Shown piece after piece: positions 26,434 through 34,771 of a stretch of DNA of 37,618 nt. This stretch comes from an uncultured Pirellulales bacterium (lineage in GTDB: Bacteria > Planctomycetota > Phycisphaerae > Sedimentisphaerales > Anaerobacaceae): contig CAZQKO010000002.1 of NCBI GenBank assembly GCA_964593945.1, positions 1 to 37,618 of the forward strand. The letters are read 5' to 3'. The position numbers were made by a program, and so were the translations under genes. The notes below the pieces were generated by a model. It did no database searches and had not been told where the DNA came from. It saw only the letters and a list, made by a program, of their open reading frames with translations. The number at the start of each line of letters is the position of its first letter. The first letter of the stretch is position 1.

Positions 26434-26531
26434 GTTTGCCATCTGAAAATTCATCCAGCATGTGGGTTCGCCTATCTACATTTCTACCGGATGTCTTTGG
26501 TAAATATAGACTTAGGATGATGCTTGCTGCT

Positions 26532-26550
26532 CTGCGTAGCCGCTACGCAG
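26532..26550. repeat. Short perfect hairpin ctgcgtag-ccg-ctacgcag between the small ORF and the htrA 3' end
   Basis: The stem is 8 bp with a 3-nt loop. It shares the GCTACGC core with the 3214/3303/11835 family. There is no U-run on either side. Confidence 0.5.
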
Positions 26551-26602
26551 CACAAGTGCCAACCAATCTTGACTGTCGTCAGATGAGTTCTTCTATAGCC
26601 TT

Positions 26603-28018
26603 CTACAAAAATCTGAGCTGGCTTGTTTTTTTGGTTTGCGCTTTTAATGACACAGTGTCTATACGCCGTACTTGCCCAAAAGCGCTCACCTTGATACGCA
26701 TTATTTTCAGGTTGACTATGTCACCTTCGTTGACTTTTTCCATTTCCAGGGAAAATTCTTTAATGTTACGCACCGCAGTATTATTTACCTCTAAGATGAG
26801 GTCACCGCCGGTAAGCCCTGCCTGTGCTGCCACGCCCTGCCGTTCTGCATCGGTTATAATTAGTATTGGATAAGCCTTATCGTAACCAAACTTTCTTGCT
26901 ACAGAATCGGTCAGTTCCGAGATTTCTATTTGAAAGAATTCTTTTGCAAGTTTACTGCCGTCAGGCAACGGCTTAGCCTCCATTGTCAATCGGACCGTTC
27001 GAGTCTCTGGCCGTAATCCTTGAAGTCTTACGTACTTGATTTCTATGGGCTCTCCGATTTCTTTGTGCATCATTTTTACATAAAAGTCGATAACTCCGTT
27101 TAGCTTTCGTCCGTCAATTTCCAGAACCAAATCTCCCTTGGCCATGCCATTTTTTTCCGCCGGGCTTTCTTTCACTACGGAGTCAACTTCCAGGCCGGTA
27201 AATTCACCGACTGTTTTCAACCTGCCCATTATCAATCCAAGTTGAACGCGACGCAGCTTTTCCGGCATGAGCATCTGGGTCAGGTTGTCGGCTAAAGTAT
27301 CTACAGGTATCGCGAAACCAATATTCTGGGCATCGGGTCTGATAGCGGTTGTAATTCCTATAAGCTCGCTTTTTACGTTCAAAAGCGGCCCGCCGCTGTT
27401 GCCGGGGTTAATCGGAGCATCTGTTTGAATTAGACCCCGCAGCCAGAATCCTTCCGTTACTTCAATATCCCGTCCCACAGCACTCACAACGCCGCTGGTA
27501 ACCGTATTCGAATAGCCGTAAGGATTGCCGATTGCTATTACTGTTTCGCCTATCATTAAGTCATTGCTCCTGCCTGGATGTATGAAAGGCAGCTTGTCTT
27601 GTGTTTCTATTGTCAGAACAGCTAAGTCTTTGCTTTGGTCCGCACTTATCACTGTGACAGGGAATTCATGGCCATCGCCTAACATTACTTTGATATTTTT
27701 AGCGGCTTCTACAACGTGTGCATTTGTAATGATGTAGCCATCTTCGTGAACAATAACACCTGAGCCGAGCACCTTGACCTGTCTTTGGAATCTCGGTCCC
27801 CAAAAGTCAAACATGCCCGGCAAGTCGAACTCGGGCCATATAGAGGTTGATACTGTTCGCTCGCCGGAAATATTGACCACCGCATTATGCGTTTTCTCAT
27901 AAACTTCTACAACGGGTGTTCTCCTACTGAAAGTCTGCTGCTGAGCTGATGAGTACTCTGCAAGTCCCACCGAAAAAACACCAACTATTATCACCAACAG
28001 CAAGTTTCTCATTCTCAC
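26603..28018 (-). CDS. htrA: HtrA/DegP-family periplasmic serine endoprotease with two PDZ domains
   Basis: Contains TNAHVVEA, KDLAVL and GNSGGPLLN (His-Asp-Ser contexts), with two PDZ-like segments downstream. I placed the start at GTG 28018, 8 nt after GGAGG. ATG 28012 is also possible. The track start is 28087. Confidence 0.85.
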   Translation of the reverse strand: MRMRNLLLVIIVGVFSVGLAEYSSAQQQTFSRRTPVVEVYEKTHNAVVNISGERTVSTSIWPEFDLPGMFDFWGPRFQRQVKVLGSGVIVHEDGYIITNAHVVEAAKNIKVMLGDGHEFPVTVISADQSKDLAVLTIETQDKLPFIHPGRSNDLMIGETVIAIGNPYGYSNTVTSGVVSAVGRDIEVTEGFWLRGLIQTDAPINPGNSGGPLLNVKSELIGITTAIRPDAQNIGFAIPVDTLADNLTQMLMPEKLRRVQLGLIMGRLKTVGEFTGLEVDSVVKESPAEKNGMAKGDLVLEIDGRKLNGVIDFYVKMMHKEIGEPIEIKYVRLQGLRPETRTVRLTMEAKPLPDGSKLAKEFFQIEISELTDSVARKFGYDKAYPILIITDAERQGVAAQAGLTGGDLILEVNNTAVRNIKEFSLEMEKVNEGDIVNLKIMRIKVSAFGQVRRIDTVSLKAQTKKTSQLRFL

Positions 28019-28117
28019 GGCTCTAACCTCCAAAATCCAGGTTCTTGATATTAAACAGAGATATTTAGGTAATTTTTTCACATACAATATACTTAAGCTT
28101 GTAGCCCTATGTTCTGG

Positions 28118-29104
28118 CTATTGTATAGATTTGTCAGACACGGGATTCAATTTCTTTAGCTCTGTAATAATCTCTTCCGGCGCTGTAAAGATAGTACCGT
28201 GTTTTACCCCATTTGGAAAAGATAGCTTGTCGGTGATAGACTCCCATTCAAGAAGGTCCTTGGAACGTGCGCCTTCGTATCGGTGCCGCCTGTAAGCGTC
28301 ATAATAAACATACCAGTAATCGCCGATTTTCATCGCGGTTGGGCCTTCCACCCAATTAGGCGAAAACGGCGTCGTAGCACGACTATATGGCCCTGTTGCC
28401 TTTTCGGCAAATGCTATGCGGATGTTCTTCTTGGGGTCGGGCTTTAGTGTCTCGTCTTTGAGAAACATTATATATCGCTGGCCGTCTCTGGCGATGGTAG
28501 CATCAATCACACTGAAGCCGTCGTTATAGAACAGCTCCGCCTGCGAATAGGTCTTAAAGTCGGCTGTGGTGACACAATAGATGCGATGATTGCACAGGCC
28601 GTCTTTACCACGGTCACCGGTGTCGTCGGTTTCGGGAAATCTGCCGGGGATGGTTGTAGCCCAGAAGATAAGGTACTGCTTCTGTGTCTCGTCATAAAAA
28701 ATCTCCGGAGCCCAGCAGTTCATAGCGTTCGGCTCATGTGTCATAACACCCAGCCACTGTTGCTCCGACCAGTTGATCAGGTCAGGTGAATGGGCAATGC
28801 CGATACCCTTGTCCCACCAGCCGCTCGTCCAGACCATGTGGAATATTCCGTCCGGCCCTTTGCAGATACAGGGATCGCGCATAAGTTTTCCGCCGACCTG
28901 CGGCTGCAGAAACGAGCGGTCGTTGTTTAGCAGGTGCCATTTTTGACCGTCTTCGCCCCAGGCCAAATGCAGGCCGTCCTCGCCGTTTCCTTTGAAATAC
29001 GAAAAGACATATTCGGAGCCGGTGGCAGGATTCTCCTGTGTGACGGCATAACCACATATCGTCATACCTGCGATAATTATGCTCAACATCAATTTGTGTG
29101 ACAT
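28118..29104 (-). CDS. Secreted five-bladed beta-propeller glycoside hydrolase, GH43-like (clan GH-F)
   Basis: Has a signal-like N-terminus. Contains KLMRDPCICKGPDGIFHMV (catalytic Asp block), CWAPEIFY, IMFLKDE and NWVEGPTA. The SD GAGGAG lies before the ATG. Confidence 0.6.
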   Translation of the reverse strand: MSHKLMLSIIIAGMTICGYAVTQENPATGSEYVFSYFKGNGEDGLHLAWGEDGQKWHLLNNDRSFLQPQVGGKLMRDPCICKGPDGIFHMVWTSGWWDKGIGIAHSPDLINWSEQQWLGVMTHEPNAMNCWAPEIFYDETQKQYLIFWATTIPGRFPETDDTGDRGKDGLCNHRIYCVTTADFKTYSQAELFYNDGFSVIDATIARDGQRYIMFLKDETLKPDPKKNIRIAFAEKATGPYSRATTPFSPNWVEGPTAMKIGDYWYVYYDAYRRHRYEGARSKDLLEWESITDKLSFPNGVKHGTIFTAPEEIITELKKLNPVSDKSIQ

Positions 29105-29123
29105 ATTCCTTAACTCCTCTCTA

Positions 29124-29186
29124 TTTTGGTAATTGGTAAATGGTTACTGGTAATTACCAATTTCCAATCACCAATTACAAATTTCT
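29124..29186. repeat. Heptamer-built imperfect palindrome: (nnTTGGT)x4 followed by (AATnnCC)x4
   Basis: The units are ttttggt aattggt aaatggt tactggt | aattacc aatttcc aatcacc aattaca aatttct. The perfect 12-nt core tggtaattacca spans 29148-29159. When the arms 29129-29178 are folded, 19 of 25 positions pair. Confidence 0.8.
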
Positions 29187-29287
29187 TATTTTGGGGAATA
29201 TTGTAGTCAGAATTCAAGGAAACAGCAAAAGAAAAGGAAAAAGTGAAAAGTAAAGAGAAGAATTACTCAAATAGTCAAAATCCCAAT

Positions 29288-29316
29288 CTTGACATCTCTT
29301 ATCGAAGCTGTTAGAT
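29288..29316 (+). promoter_or_regulatory. Sigma70-like promoter (TTGACA-17 nt-TAGATT) for the ATP-PPase gene
   Basis: Hexamers were read directly. The promoter lies about 60 nt upstream of ATG 29378. Confidence 0.4.
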
Positions 29317-29377
29317 TCCTGCCCTCAAAGTTAAACATATTTCAATATAAATCTAAAGTAATTTGCAGGAGGAAGCA

Positions 29378-30313
29378 ATGGACTGCAAAAAATTCGTCGA
29401 AGAGCAAATCGCTGATATTAGAAAGACCGTGGGCAAAGAAAAGGCAATTACTGCTTTAAGCGGCGGAGTGGATAGCTCTCTGGTCACAGTGCTTGGACAC
29501 CGTGCCCTGGGCAACCAGCTAAAAGTGGTCTTCATTGATAGCGCGCTAATGCGCGAAGGCGAGCCACAACAGGTTGTGAAAACTTTCGCTTCGTTGGGCA
29601 TTAAAGTGGAATTAATCGATGCCCAGGAAGAATTTCTCTCTGCCCTGGCAGGCTTAACAGACCCTGAGGAAAAACGACAGGCCGTCACGGACACATTTTA
29701 TTCAAAGGTTTTTGCACGTTTGTTAAAAGAATCTGGTGCGAAGTTTTTGTTTCATGGCACAATCCTCACAGATATTGAAGAAACCGTAGCCGGTATCAAA
29801 CGGCAGCATAATATTCTCGCTCAAATCGGCATCAATCCGGAAAAAGCTTATGGTTACTCAGTCATTGAGCCGCTGAAAACCTTGCGAAAAGACGGTGTCC
29901 GTGAGGTCTGCAAATTCCTGGATTTACCCAAGGAGATTACCCATCGCATACCATTTCCAGGCCCGGCTTTAGCGACTCGAATTGTCGGCGAAGTCACACG
30001 CGAGCGTTTGGCTACTGTACGCAAAGCGACAGCTATCGTCGAGGAAGAGCTTGCCGACAGCGGCGCCTTTCAGTATTTGGCTGCCTTACTTAACGACCGT
30101 GCGACCGGTATTCGTAACAATAAACGCGAGTTCGGCCAGATAATTGTCGTGCGTTGTGTTGAAAGTACCGATGCCAGAAATGCAACAGCAACTGAACTTC
30201 CCTGGAAAAAGCTTAATCACATCTGTGAGCGTATCGTCAACGAGTTAAAAGATGTCAGCCGCTGTTTATATGATTTGACACCGAAGCCACCGGCAACTAT
30301 TGAGTATATCTGA
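29378..30313 (+). CDS. Stand-alone GMP-synthase-type ATP pyrophosphatase (PP-loop) protein, archaeal subunit-B-like, with divergent substrate-site blocks
   Basis: Has the PP-loop AITALSGGVDSS, plus IPFPGPALATRIVGEV and the C-terminal KPPATIEYI. The SD AGGAGG lies before ATG 29378, whereas the track starts at TTG 29363. There is no glutamine amidotransferase domain or adjacent GATase gene. Confidence 0.7.
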   Translation: MDCKKFVEEQIADIRKTVGKEKAITALSGGVDSSLVTVLGHRALGNQLKVVFIDSALMREGEPQQVVKTFASLGIKVELIDAQEEFLSALAGLTDPEEKRQAVTDTFYSKVFARLLKESGAKFLFHGTILTDIEETVAGIKRQHNILAQIGINPEKAYGYSVIEPLKTLRKDGVREVCKFLDLPKEITHRIPFPGPALATRIVGEVTRERLATVRKATAIVEEELADSGAFQYLAALLNDRATGIRNNKREFGQIIVVRCVESTDARNATATELPWKKLNHICERIVNELKDVSRCLYDLTPKPPATIEYI

Positions 30314-30320
30314 ATTGTTT

Positions 30321-30347
30321 AGCCCCCAGCTTTACTGGGGGTTTCTT
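30321..30347 (+). terminator. Rho-independent terminator after the ATP-PPase gene
   Basis: The stem cccccag-cttta-ctggggg is followed by tttctt, 8 nt after the stop codon. Confidence 0.6.
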
Positions 30348-30394
30348 ATCGTATATTGAATAATTCTATTTAAAACATTTTAGGAGGCAACCCA

Positions 30395-31525
30395 ATGTCA
30401 GACAAGAAAGCAGACTTAGCCGGTCCGGGAATCGGCGACTATAATGAATTAGAGAAAATACTGCCACAAGATTACACATCGTTACTATCACCAAAAGAAA
30501 CGCAAATCGCTATTTATGCGGTCAAGGATTACATCGAGCAAAACCTCTGCAAAGAGCTTAATCTTATTCGAGTCCAGGTTCCTTTGATTGTAGACGTGGA
30601 AAGTGGCATCAACGACTACCTCGACCGTGATGGCTCACGCACACCAATCGGATTCCATATCTCGAATGACTACGACAAAAATCCGATTGATGCTGAGGTT
30701 GTTCAGGCGGCGACCAAGTGGAAACGCATGGCCTTAAAGCAATTCGGAATGGAGGTCGGCGAAGGTCTGCTTACCGATATGCGAGCGATACGCAAGGATT
30801 ATTTTCTTGACCATGACCACAGCGCTTATGTCGATCAGTGGGACTGGGAGCTGGCTATTACCGAACAGCAGCGAAATCTCGACCTTCTCAGAGATGTGGT
30901 GCGTAAGATTTGGAAGGTTCTAAAAGGAGCCGAAATCCACGTTCAGGAAATGTTTCCACAGCTTAAGACCGACAAGTATCCGGATTTGCCGGATGAGCTT
31001 ACTTTCATCCACGCTGAAGAAATCCTCGACATGTACCCGGATTTGCCGCGAAAGCAGCGAGAGACAGAAATTGCAAAGAAGTACCCGGCTATTTTTATTA
31101 TCGGCATAGGTTGGGTGCTAAAGGACGGCTATCCACATGAGATGCGGGCCGCTGACTATGATGACTGGGTAACCGAAACTACCTCCGAAGATGGAAAACC
31201 GATGCACGGCTTAAACGGCGATATTCTCGTCTGGAATCCGGTGACAAAACGCCGTCACGAGCTGACTTCTATGGGTATTCGAGTCAATAAAGAAACGCTC
31301 AAGCAGCAGCTTGAGATTTCCGGCCAACTCGATTTTCTAAAGCTACCGTACCATCAGGCCATATTGAATGACGAAATTCCTTTGAGCATCGGTGGCGGCA
31401 TAGGCCAATCTCGCACGTTTATGTCATTATTGAAAAAGGCCCACATCGGCGAAGTCAGTGCCACCGTCTGGCCAAAAATCCTAAAAGACATGTGCAAAAA
31501 GAAAAACATCCATGTAATTAAGTAA
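30395..31525 (+). CDS. asnA: Aspartate--ammonia ligase (asparagine synthetase A)
   Basis: Contains YVDQWDWE, LNGDILVWNPV, ELTSMGIRV and GGGIGQSR. The SD TAGGAGG lies before the ATG. Confidence 0.9.
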   Translation: MSDKKADLAGPGIGDYNELEKILPQDYTSLLSPKETQIAIYAVKDYIEQNLCKELNLIRVQVPLIVDVESGINDYLDRDGSRTPIGFHISNDYDKNPIDAEVVQAATKWKRMALKQFGMEVGEGLLTDMRAIRKDYFLDHDHSAYVDQWDWELAITEQQRNLDLLRDVVRKIWKVLKGAEIHVQEMFPQLKTDKYPDLPDELTFIHAEEILDMYPDLPRKQRETEIAKKYPAIFIIGIGWVLKDGYPHEMRAADYDDWVTETTSEDGKPMHGLNGDILVWNPVTKRRHELTSMGIRVNKETLKQQLEISGQLDFLKLPYHQAILNDEIPLSIGGGIGQSRTFMSLLKKAHIGEVSATVWPKILKDMCKKKNIHVIK

Positions 31526-31542
31526 GGATAGAAATAACCATT

Positions 31543-32004
31543 TTACGGTCTGTTAGCAGCTAATCCAATACAGTACAGATTCTCTAAGCCACAAATATAA
31601 ATGCGGCCATCGGCAAAAGCTGGCGACGCATTACACTTCTTACCCAGCCCCTCAGGGGCCAGCTCACATTCAGCTAATTCTTTATATTCGGGGCCGATCT
31701 CTATAACGTACATGACACCTTCTTCGTCCAAAAGATATAGCTTATCCCCAACTAAACTCGGGGAAGCCTGTAAATTCTCTCTCAGGTCCTTCTCCCACAA
31801 TTTCGTCCCATCTTTCACTCTATGGCAGCTAATTAGGCCCTCAGAAAACAGCATGAATACCACTTTCCCATTGCTGACCGGACTACAGATATTCGGGCCG
31901 CCCCTCTCGGTTTTCCAGGCAATATGTGTTTTTGTCACATCCCCCCCGCCGTCCGTGTTCCCCTCGCAGCATCGATATTGTGACTTCACCCAAGTCTCTT
32001 GCAT
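31543..32004 (-). CDS. PQQ-like beta-propeller repeat protein, C-terminal blades only (possibly a 5'-truncated remnant)
   Basis: Contains SPVSNGKVVFMLFSEGLISCHRVKDGTKLWEKDL, SPSLVGDKLYLLDEEGVMYVIE and SPAFADGRIYICG, which are typical propeller blades. Only 153 aa are present. An in-frame TGA lies 2 codons upstream of the ATG, and no propeller-like sequence is visible further upstream. Confidence 0.5.
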   Translation of the reverse strand: MQETWVKSQYRCCEGNTDGGGDVTKTHIAWKTERGGPNICSPVSNGKVVFMLFSEGLISCHRVKDGTKLWEKDLRENLQASPSLVGDKLYLLDEEGVMYVIEIGPEYKELAECELAPEGLGKKCNASPAFADGRIYICGLENLYCIGLAANRP

Positions 32005-32120
32005 TAGTCATGCCGGCTTTGTACCCAACCCATCTCAAAAGCGCCGGCGTGTCAAACGTACGATCAATCTAGCGAGGAGTCTTTTGGAAAAAGCCTGACT
32101 TTTGCTGAAGATATACATTG

Positions 32121-32204
32121 ATCCCACCGAAAAAAATAGGTGCGTTACTGACCGGTCAGCCCTGTCTTTATCCAAATATTTTCTATCTGAGCCTGCGGTG
32201 GGAT
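32121..32204 (+). other. Candidate structured RNA: perfect 9-bp closing stem around an internal 12-nt palindrome
   Basis: atcccaccg (32121-32129) pairs with cggtgggat (32196-32204). The internal palindrome ctgaccggtcag spans 32148-32159. Two terminator-like hairpins follow immediately. The strand is assigned from those terminators. Confidence 0.3.
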
Positions 32205-32208
32205 ATAT

Positions 32209-32236
32209 AAAAAACCTGTCTGAAGATAGGTTTTTT
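32209..32236 (+). terminator. Terminator-like hairpin (potentially bidirectional)
   Basis: The sequence is aaaaaa + cctgtc-tgaa-gatagg + tttttt, with one G-T pair in the stem. Confidence 0.55.
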
Positions 32237-32251
32237 ATACCAAGAACAGTT

Positions 32252-32274
32252 AAGCCTGCACGAAAGGCTTTTTT
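32252..32274 (+). terminator. Second terminator-like hairpin
   Basis: The stem aagcct-gcacgaa-aggctt runs into a T6 tract. Confidence 0.55.
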
Positions 32275-32370
32275 GTTCGCTTTATTCCAAAACGGCCAAT
32301 TGCGTGTAAAACTCCTGTTTTCTATAGGGCAATATAAAAAAACGAATTTCAACTATCAGACGATTTCCTA

Positions 32371-32399
32371 TTGCTTAACGAGCCTTAGAACGTTATTAG
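32371..32399 (+). promoter_or_regulatory. Weak sigma70-like promoter candidate for the nqr operon (TTGCTT-17 nt-TATTAG)
   Basis: Hexamers were read directly. It lies about 50 nt upstream of ATG 32452. Confidence 0.25.
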
Positions 32400-32451
32400 T
32401 ATCAATGTTCAACGCACGTTTGCAACAAAGCACAAAGAACGGATTTCGATT

Positions 32452-33516
32452 ATGGTCCAGGGAAAGGCTCCAGTTAAAATCTTAGTGAAACAGTTGATGA
32501 TGCGGCGTGTCTTGTTGGCACTTTTACCCTGCGTAGCTGGGGGCGTTTATTTCTTCGGCTGGCGATCCCTTTTTATGGTGGTCTGGGCGGGGATGGTCGG
32601 CTTCATTGTTGAGCTTATATTCACCCGACGCCGTAGCGAACCTGTAACCGAAGCCGTCTTTGTCACCACCACTATATCTGCGATTATCATGCCGCCAACC
32701 GTTCCAATACACGTGCTGACTATCGGAGTTGTATTTGCTGTAATGTTCACCAAGGAGATATTCGGCGGCTTTGGACGCAATATCTTCAACCCCGCAATGG
32801 CAGGTAGATGTTTTGTGTATGTTTGTTTTCCCGTCGCCCTTACAGCCACATGGGCACCGGTGGCACAAGGGTCGTTAGGAGCATTGAATAAATGGACTAC
32901 AGCATCAACTACAGATGCGATAACCGGTGCTACTCCAATGGCATTTCTAAAGGCGGGTAAATTAGTCCTTAAAAGTAATGATGAGGGCAATGCGGCATCG
33001 AAAATACCGGTTGATGTCGCTGAAGGTCAAATTGAATACGTAAAAAGAAACGCTCTATACCAAGCGCTCCTATTAGGAAGAATCAGCGGTACAATGGGAG
33101 TAACTGGTGCGCTTTTAATACTGGTTGGAGGTATCTATCTTTTCTATACAAAAACAGCCAGCCGAACTATTATTCTTTCTCTGGTCACAACTTATGCAGT
33201 ATTGAACCAGGTTTTATATTGGCTTGGCGTCGAACCTCTGCTGGGAGCTGTACCGGCGGTGCTCGGTGGAGGATTTTTATTCGGTGCCTTCTTTATGGCT
33301 ACCGACCCCATCAGTGCTCCCAAAACCGAGCCTGCCAGGATAATCTACGGAATCATCATTGGCATTTTTACCACCATCATAAGAAATTTTTCGATATTTA
33401 ACGGCGGCCTGATGTTCTCAATTCTGATTGGAAATATGTTCGCTCCGATACTGGATTATGCCGTAAGGTCATACAAAAGAAAGTCCCGACAGGTCGGGAT
33501 TAAGGAGGCCGTCTGA
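32452..33516 (+). CDS. nqrB: Na+-translocating NADH:quinone oxidoreductase subunit B (NqrB/RnfD family)
   Basis: Contains NIFNPAMAGR, DAITGATPM (FMN-Thr site) and FFMATDPISAP, with many TM helices. The start is uncertain: 32452, 32485 and 32497 are all possible. Confidence 0.8.
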   Translation: MVQGKAPVKILVKQLMMRRVLLALLPCVAGGVYFFGWRSLFMVVWAGMVGFIVELIFTRRRSEPVTEAVFVTTTISAIIMPPTVPIHVLTIGVVFAVMFTKEIFGGFGRNIFNPAMAGRCFVYVCFPVALTATWAPVAQGSLGALNKWTTASTTDAITGATPMAFLKAGKLVLKSNDEGNAASKIPVDVAEGQIEYVKRNALYQALLLGRISGTMGVTGALLILVGGIYLFYTKTASRTIILSLVTTYAVLNQVLYWLGVEPLLGAVPAVLGGGFLFGAFFMATDPISAPKTEPARIIYGIIIGIFTTIIRNFSIFNGGLMFSILIGNMFAPILDYAVRSYKRKSRQVGIKEAV

Positions 33517-34139
33517 TGCGAAAGAAACGATGGTTTCCGATTCTTTATATGTTTGTCACAACGGCCTTTTTTAGCTCAATCGTGATTGGCTTTACCCAGC
33601 TCACAAGCGAAAAGGTCAAGGCAAATGAAAAATTATCCTTTGAAAGGGCTGTTCTTTCTGTTTTGCCGGGACTTTACCGGGAGAAAATGAATAATTCGGA
33701 GCTGCATCGCATATTCACCGAGCAGGTCACCGAGCCTGATGGGCTTTCAGCCGGAGCCTATACACTCCGGCAAAACGGCAAAATAGTTGCTTATGCCCTG
33801 CTAATAGAAGGCCAGGGTTTTTGGGCACCAATTAAGGGTGTCATCGGCATAGAAGCGGGTAAAAAGACAATTACAGCAATAGCATTTTACCAGCAAAATG
33901 AAACGCCCGGTCTTGGCGCTGAAATAGCAAAGGCAACATTTAGAGAGCAATTCAAGGGCAAGGTTATTTCGGTCGGGGACAAACCTCTAAGCATCAAAAG
34001 GCCTGGGATGGAGCTGGGTGCCAGCGATGTGCACGCCGTCACCGGGGCCACGCAGACGAGCACCCGACTGGAAAAGATAATCAACTCGGCGCTGACAAAC
34101 TGGCGGCAGCAGCTCAACAAAGGGGACGTAGCAAAATGA
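33516..34139 (+). CDS. nqrC: NQR subunit C (NqrC/RnfG family, FMN-binding)
   Basis: Has an N-terminal TM helix, QNETPGLGAEI and HAVTGATQTS (covalent-FMN Thr motif). Its start overlaps the nqrB stop (TGATG). Confidence 0.8.
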   Translation: MRKKRWFPILYMFVTTAFFSSIVIGFTQLTSEKVKANEKLSFERAVLSVLPGLYREKMNNSELHRIFTEQVTEPDGLSAGAYTLRQNGKIVAYALLIEGQGFWAPIKGVIGIEAGKKTITAIAFYQQNETPGLGAEIAKATFREQFKGKVISVGDKPLSIKRPGMELGASDVHAVTGATQTSTRLEKIINSALTNWRQQLNKGDVAK

Positions 34140-34771
34140 ACGCGTTAGGTGCAGGAACACAAAGAAAAAATATTGCTATAGAGGGACTATGGCGTAACAA
34201 TCCGATATTCAAACAGGTTCTCGGTATATGCAGCACATTGGCTGTTACAAACCTTGTTTTGAATACCATGGTTATGTGTTTCGCTCTGATATTTACACTG
34301 TCACTAAGCGCTGCTACGGTTTCGGTCCTGCGTAAGCTCACGCCGCGTAATATCCGGATGATGGTGGAGACCTTGATTATAGCTTTCTATGTGATCATTG
34401 TGGATATAATACTCAAGGCTTATTGGCCGGAAATGAGCAGAAATCTCGGCCCTTATGTCGGCCTGATTATCACCAACTGTATCGTTATGGGCAGGTGTGA
34501 AGCATACGGCATTTCCAATCCACCGGTGCCGGCCTTTCTGGACGGATTTTTCAACGCACTTGGCTACTCGTTTGTGCTATTAATAATTGCAATATTTCGC
34601 GAGCTTCTTGGCATGGGGACATTGTTAGGTTATCCAATGCCTTATTTCAGCGGCCCTTACTGGGACAAGTGGATCATAATGGTAATGCCGCCGGGTGCTT
34701 TCTTTATGCTCGCTATAGTGACATGGATATTCAGATCGATTCAGCTCGCACAGGAGAAAAAAAGCAAATGA
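34136..34771 (+). CDS. nqrD: NQR subunit D (NqrD/RnfE family)
   Basis: Contains GLWRNNPIFKQVLGICSTLAVTN. The ATGA overlaps the nqrC stop. Confidence 0.85.
   Translation: MNALGAGTQRKNIAIEGLWRNNPIFKQVLGICSTLAVTNLVLNTMVMCFALIFTLSLSAATVSVLRKLTPRNIRMMVETLIIAFYVIIVDIILKAYWPEMSRNLGPYVGLIITNCIVMGRCEAYGISNPPVPAFLDGFFNALGYSFVLLIIAIFRELLGMGTLLGYPMPYFSGPYWDKWIIMVMPPGAFFMLAIVTWIFRSIQLAQEKKSK

Noticed and set aside
25968-26602. tRNA-Arg as the attachment site of an integrated island
   Set aside because: I could find no integrase, no mobility genes and no direct repeat of the tRNA 3' end by eye in the window. Only the AT-rich tract with the small ORF is suggestive, so it is kept as a low-key note in the findings.
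26382-26873. 163-aa + strand ORF
   Set aside because: Its 3' half is antisense to the well-supported htrA gene, and its 5' half overlaps the small-ORF region out of frame. It has no motifs.
32035-32485. Track ORFs 32035-32352 (-) and 32102-32485 (+) in the spacer before nqrB
   Set aside because: Both read straight through the two terminator hairpins and the 9-bp stem. Their sequence is low-complexity and AT-driven, and they resemble neither NqrA nor propeller proteins.
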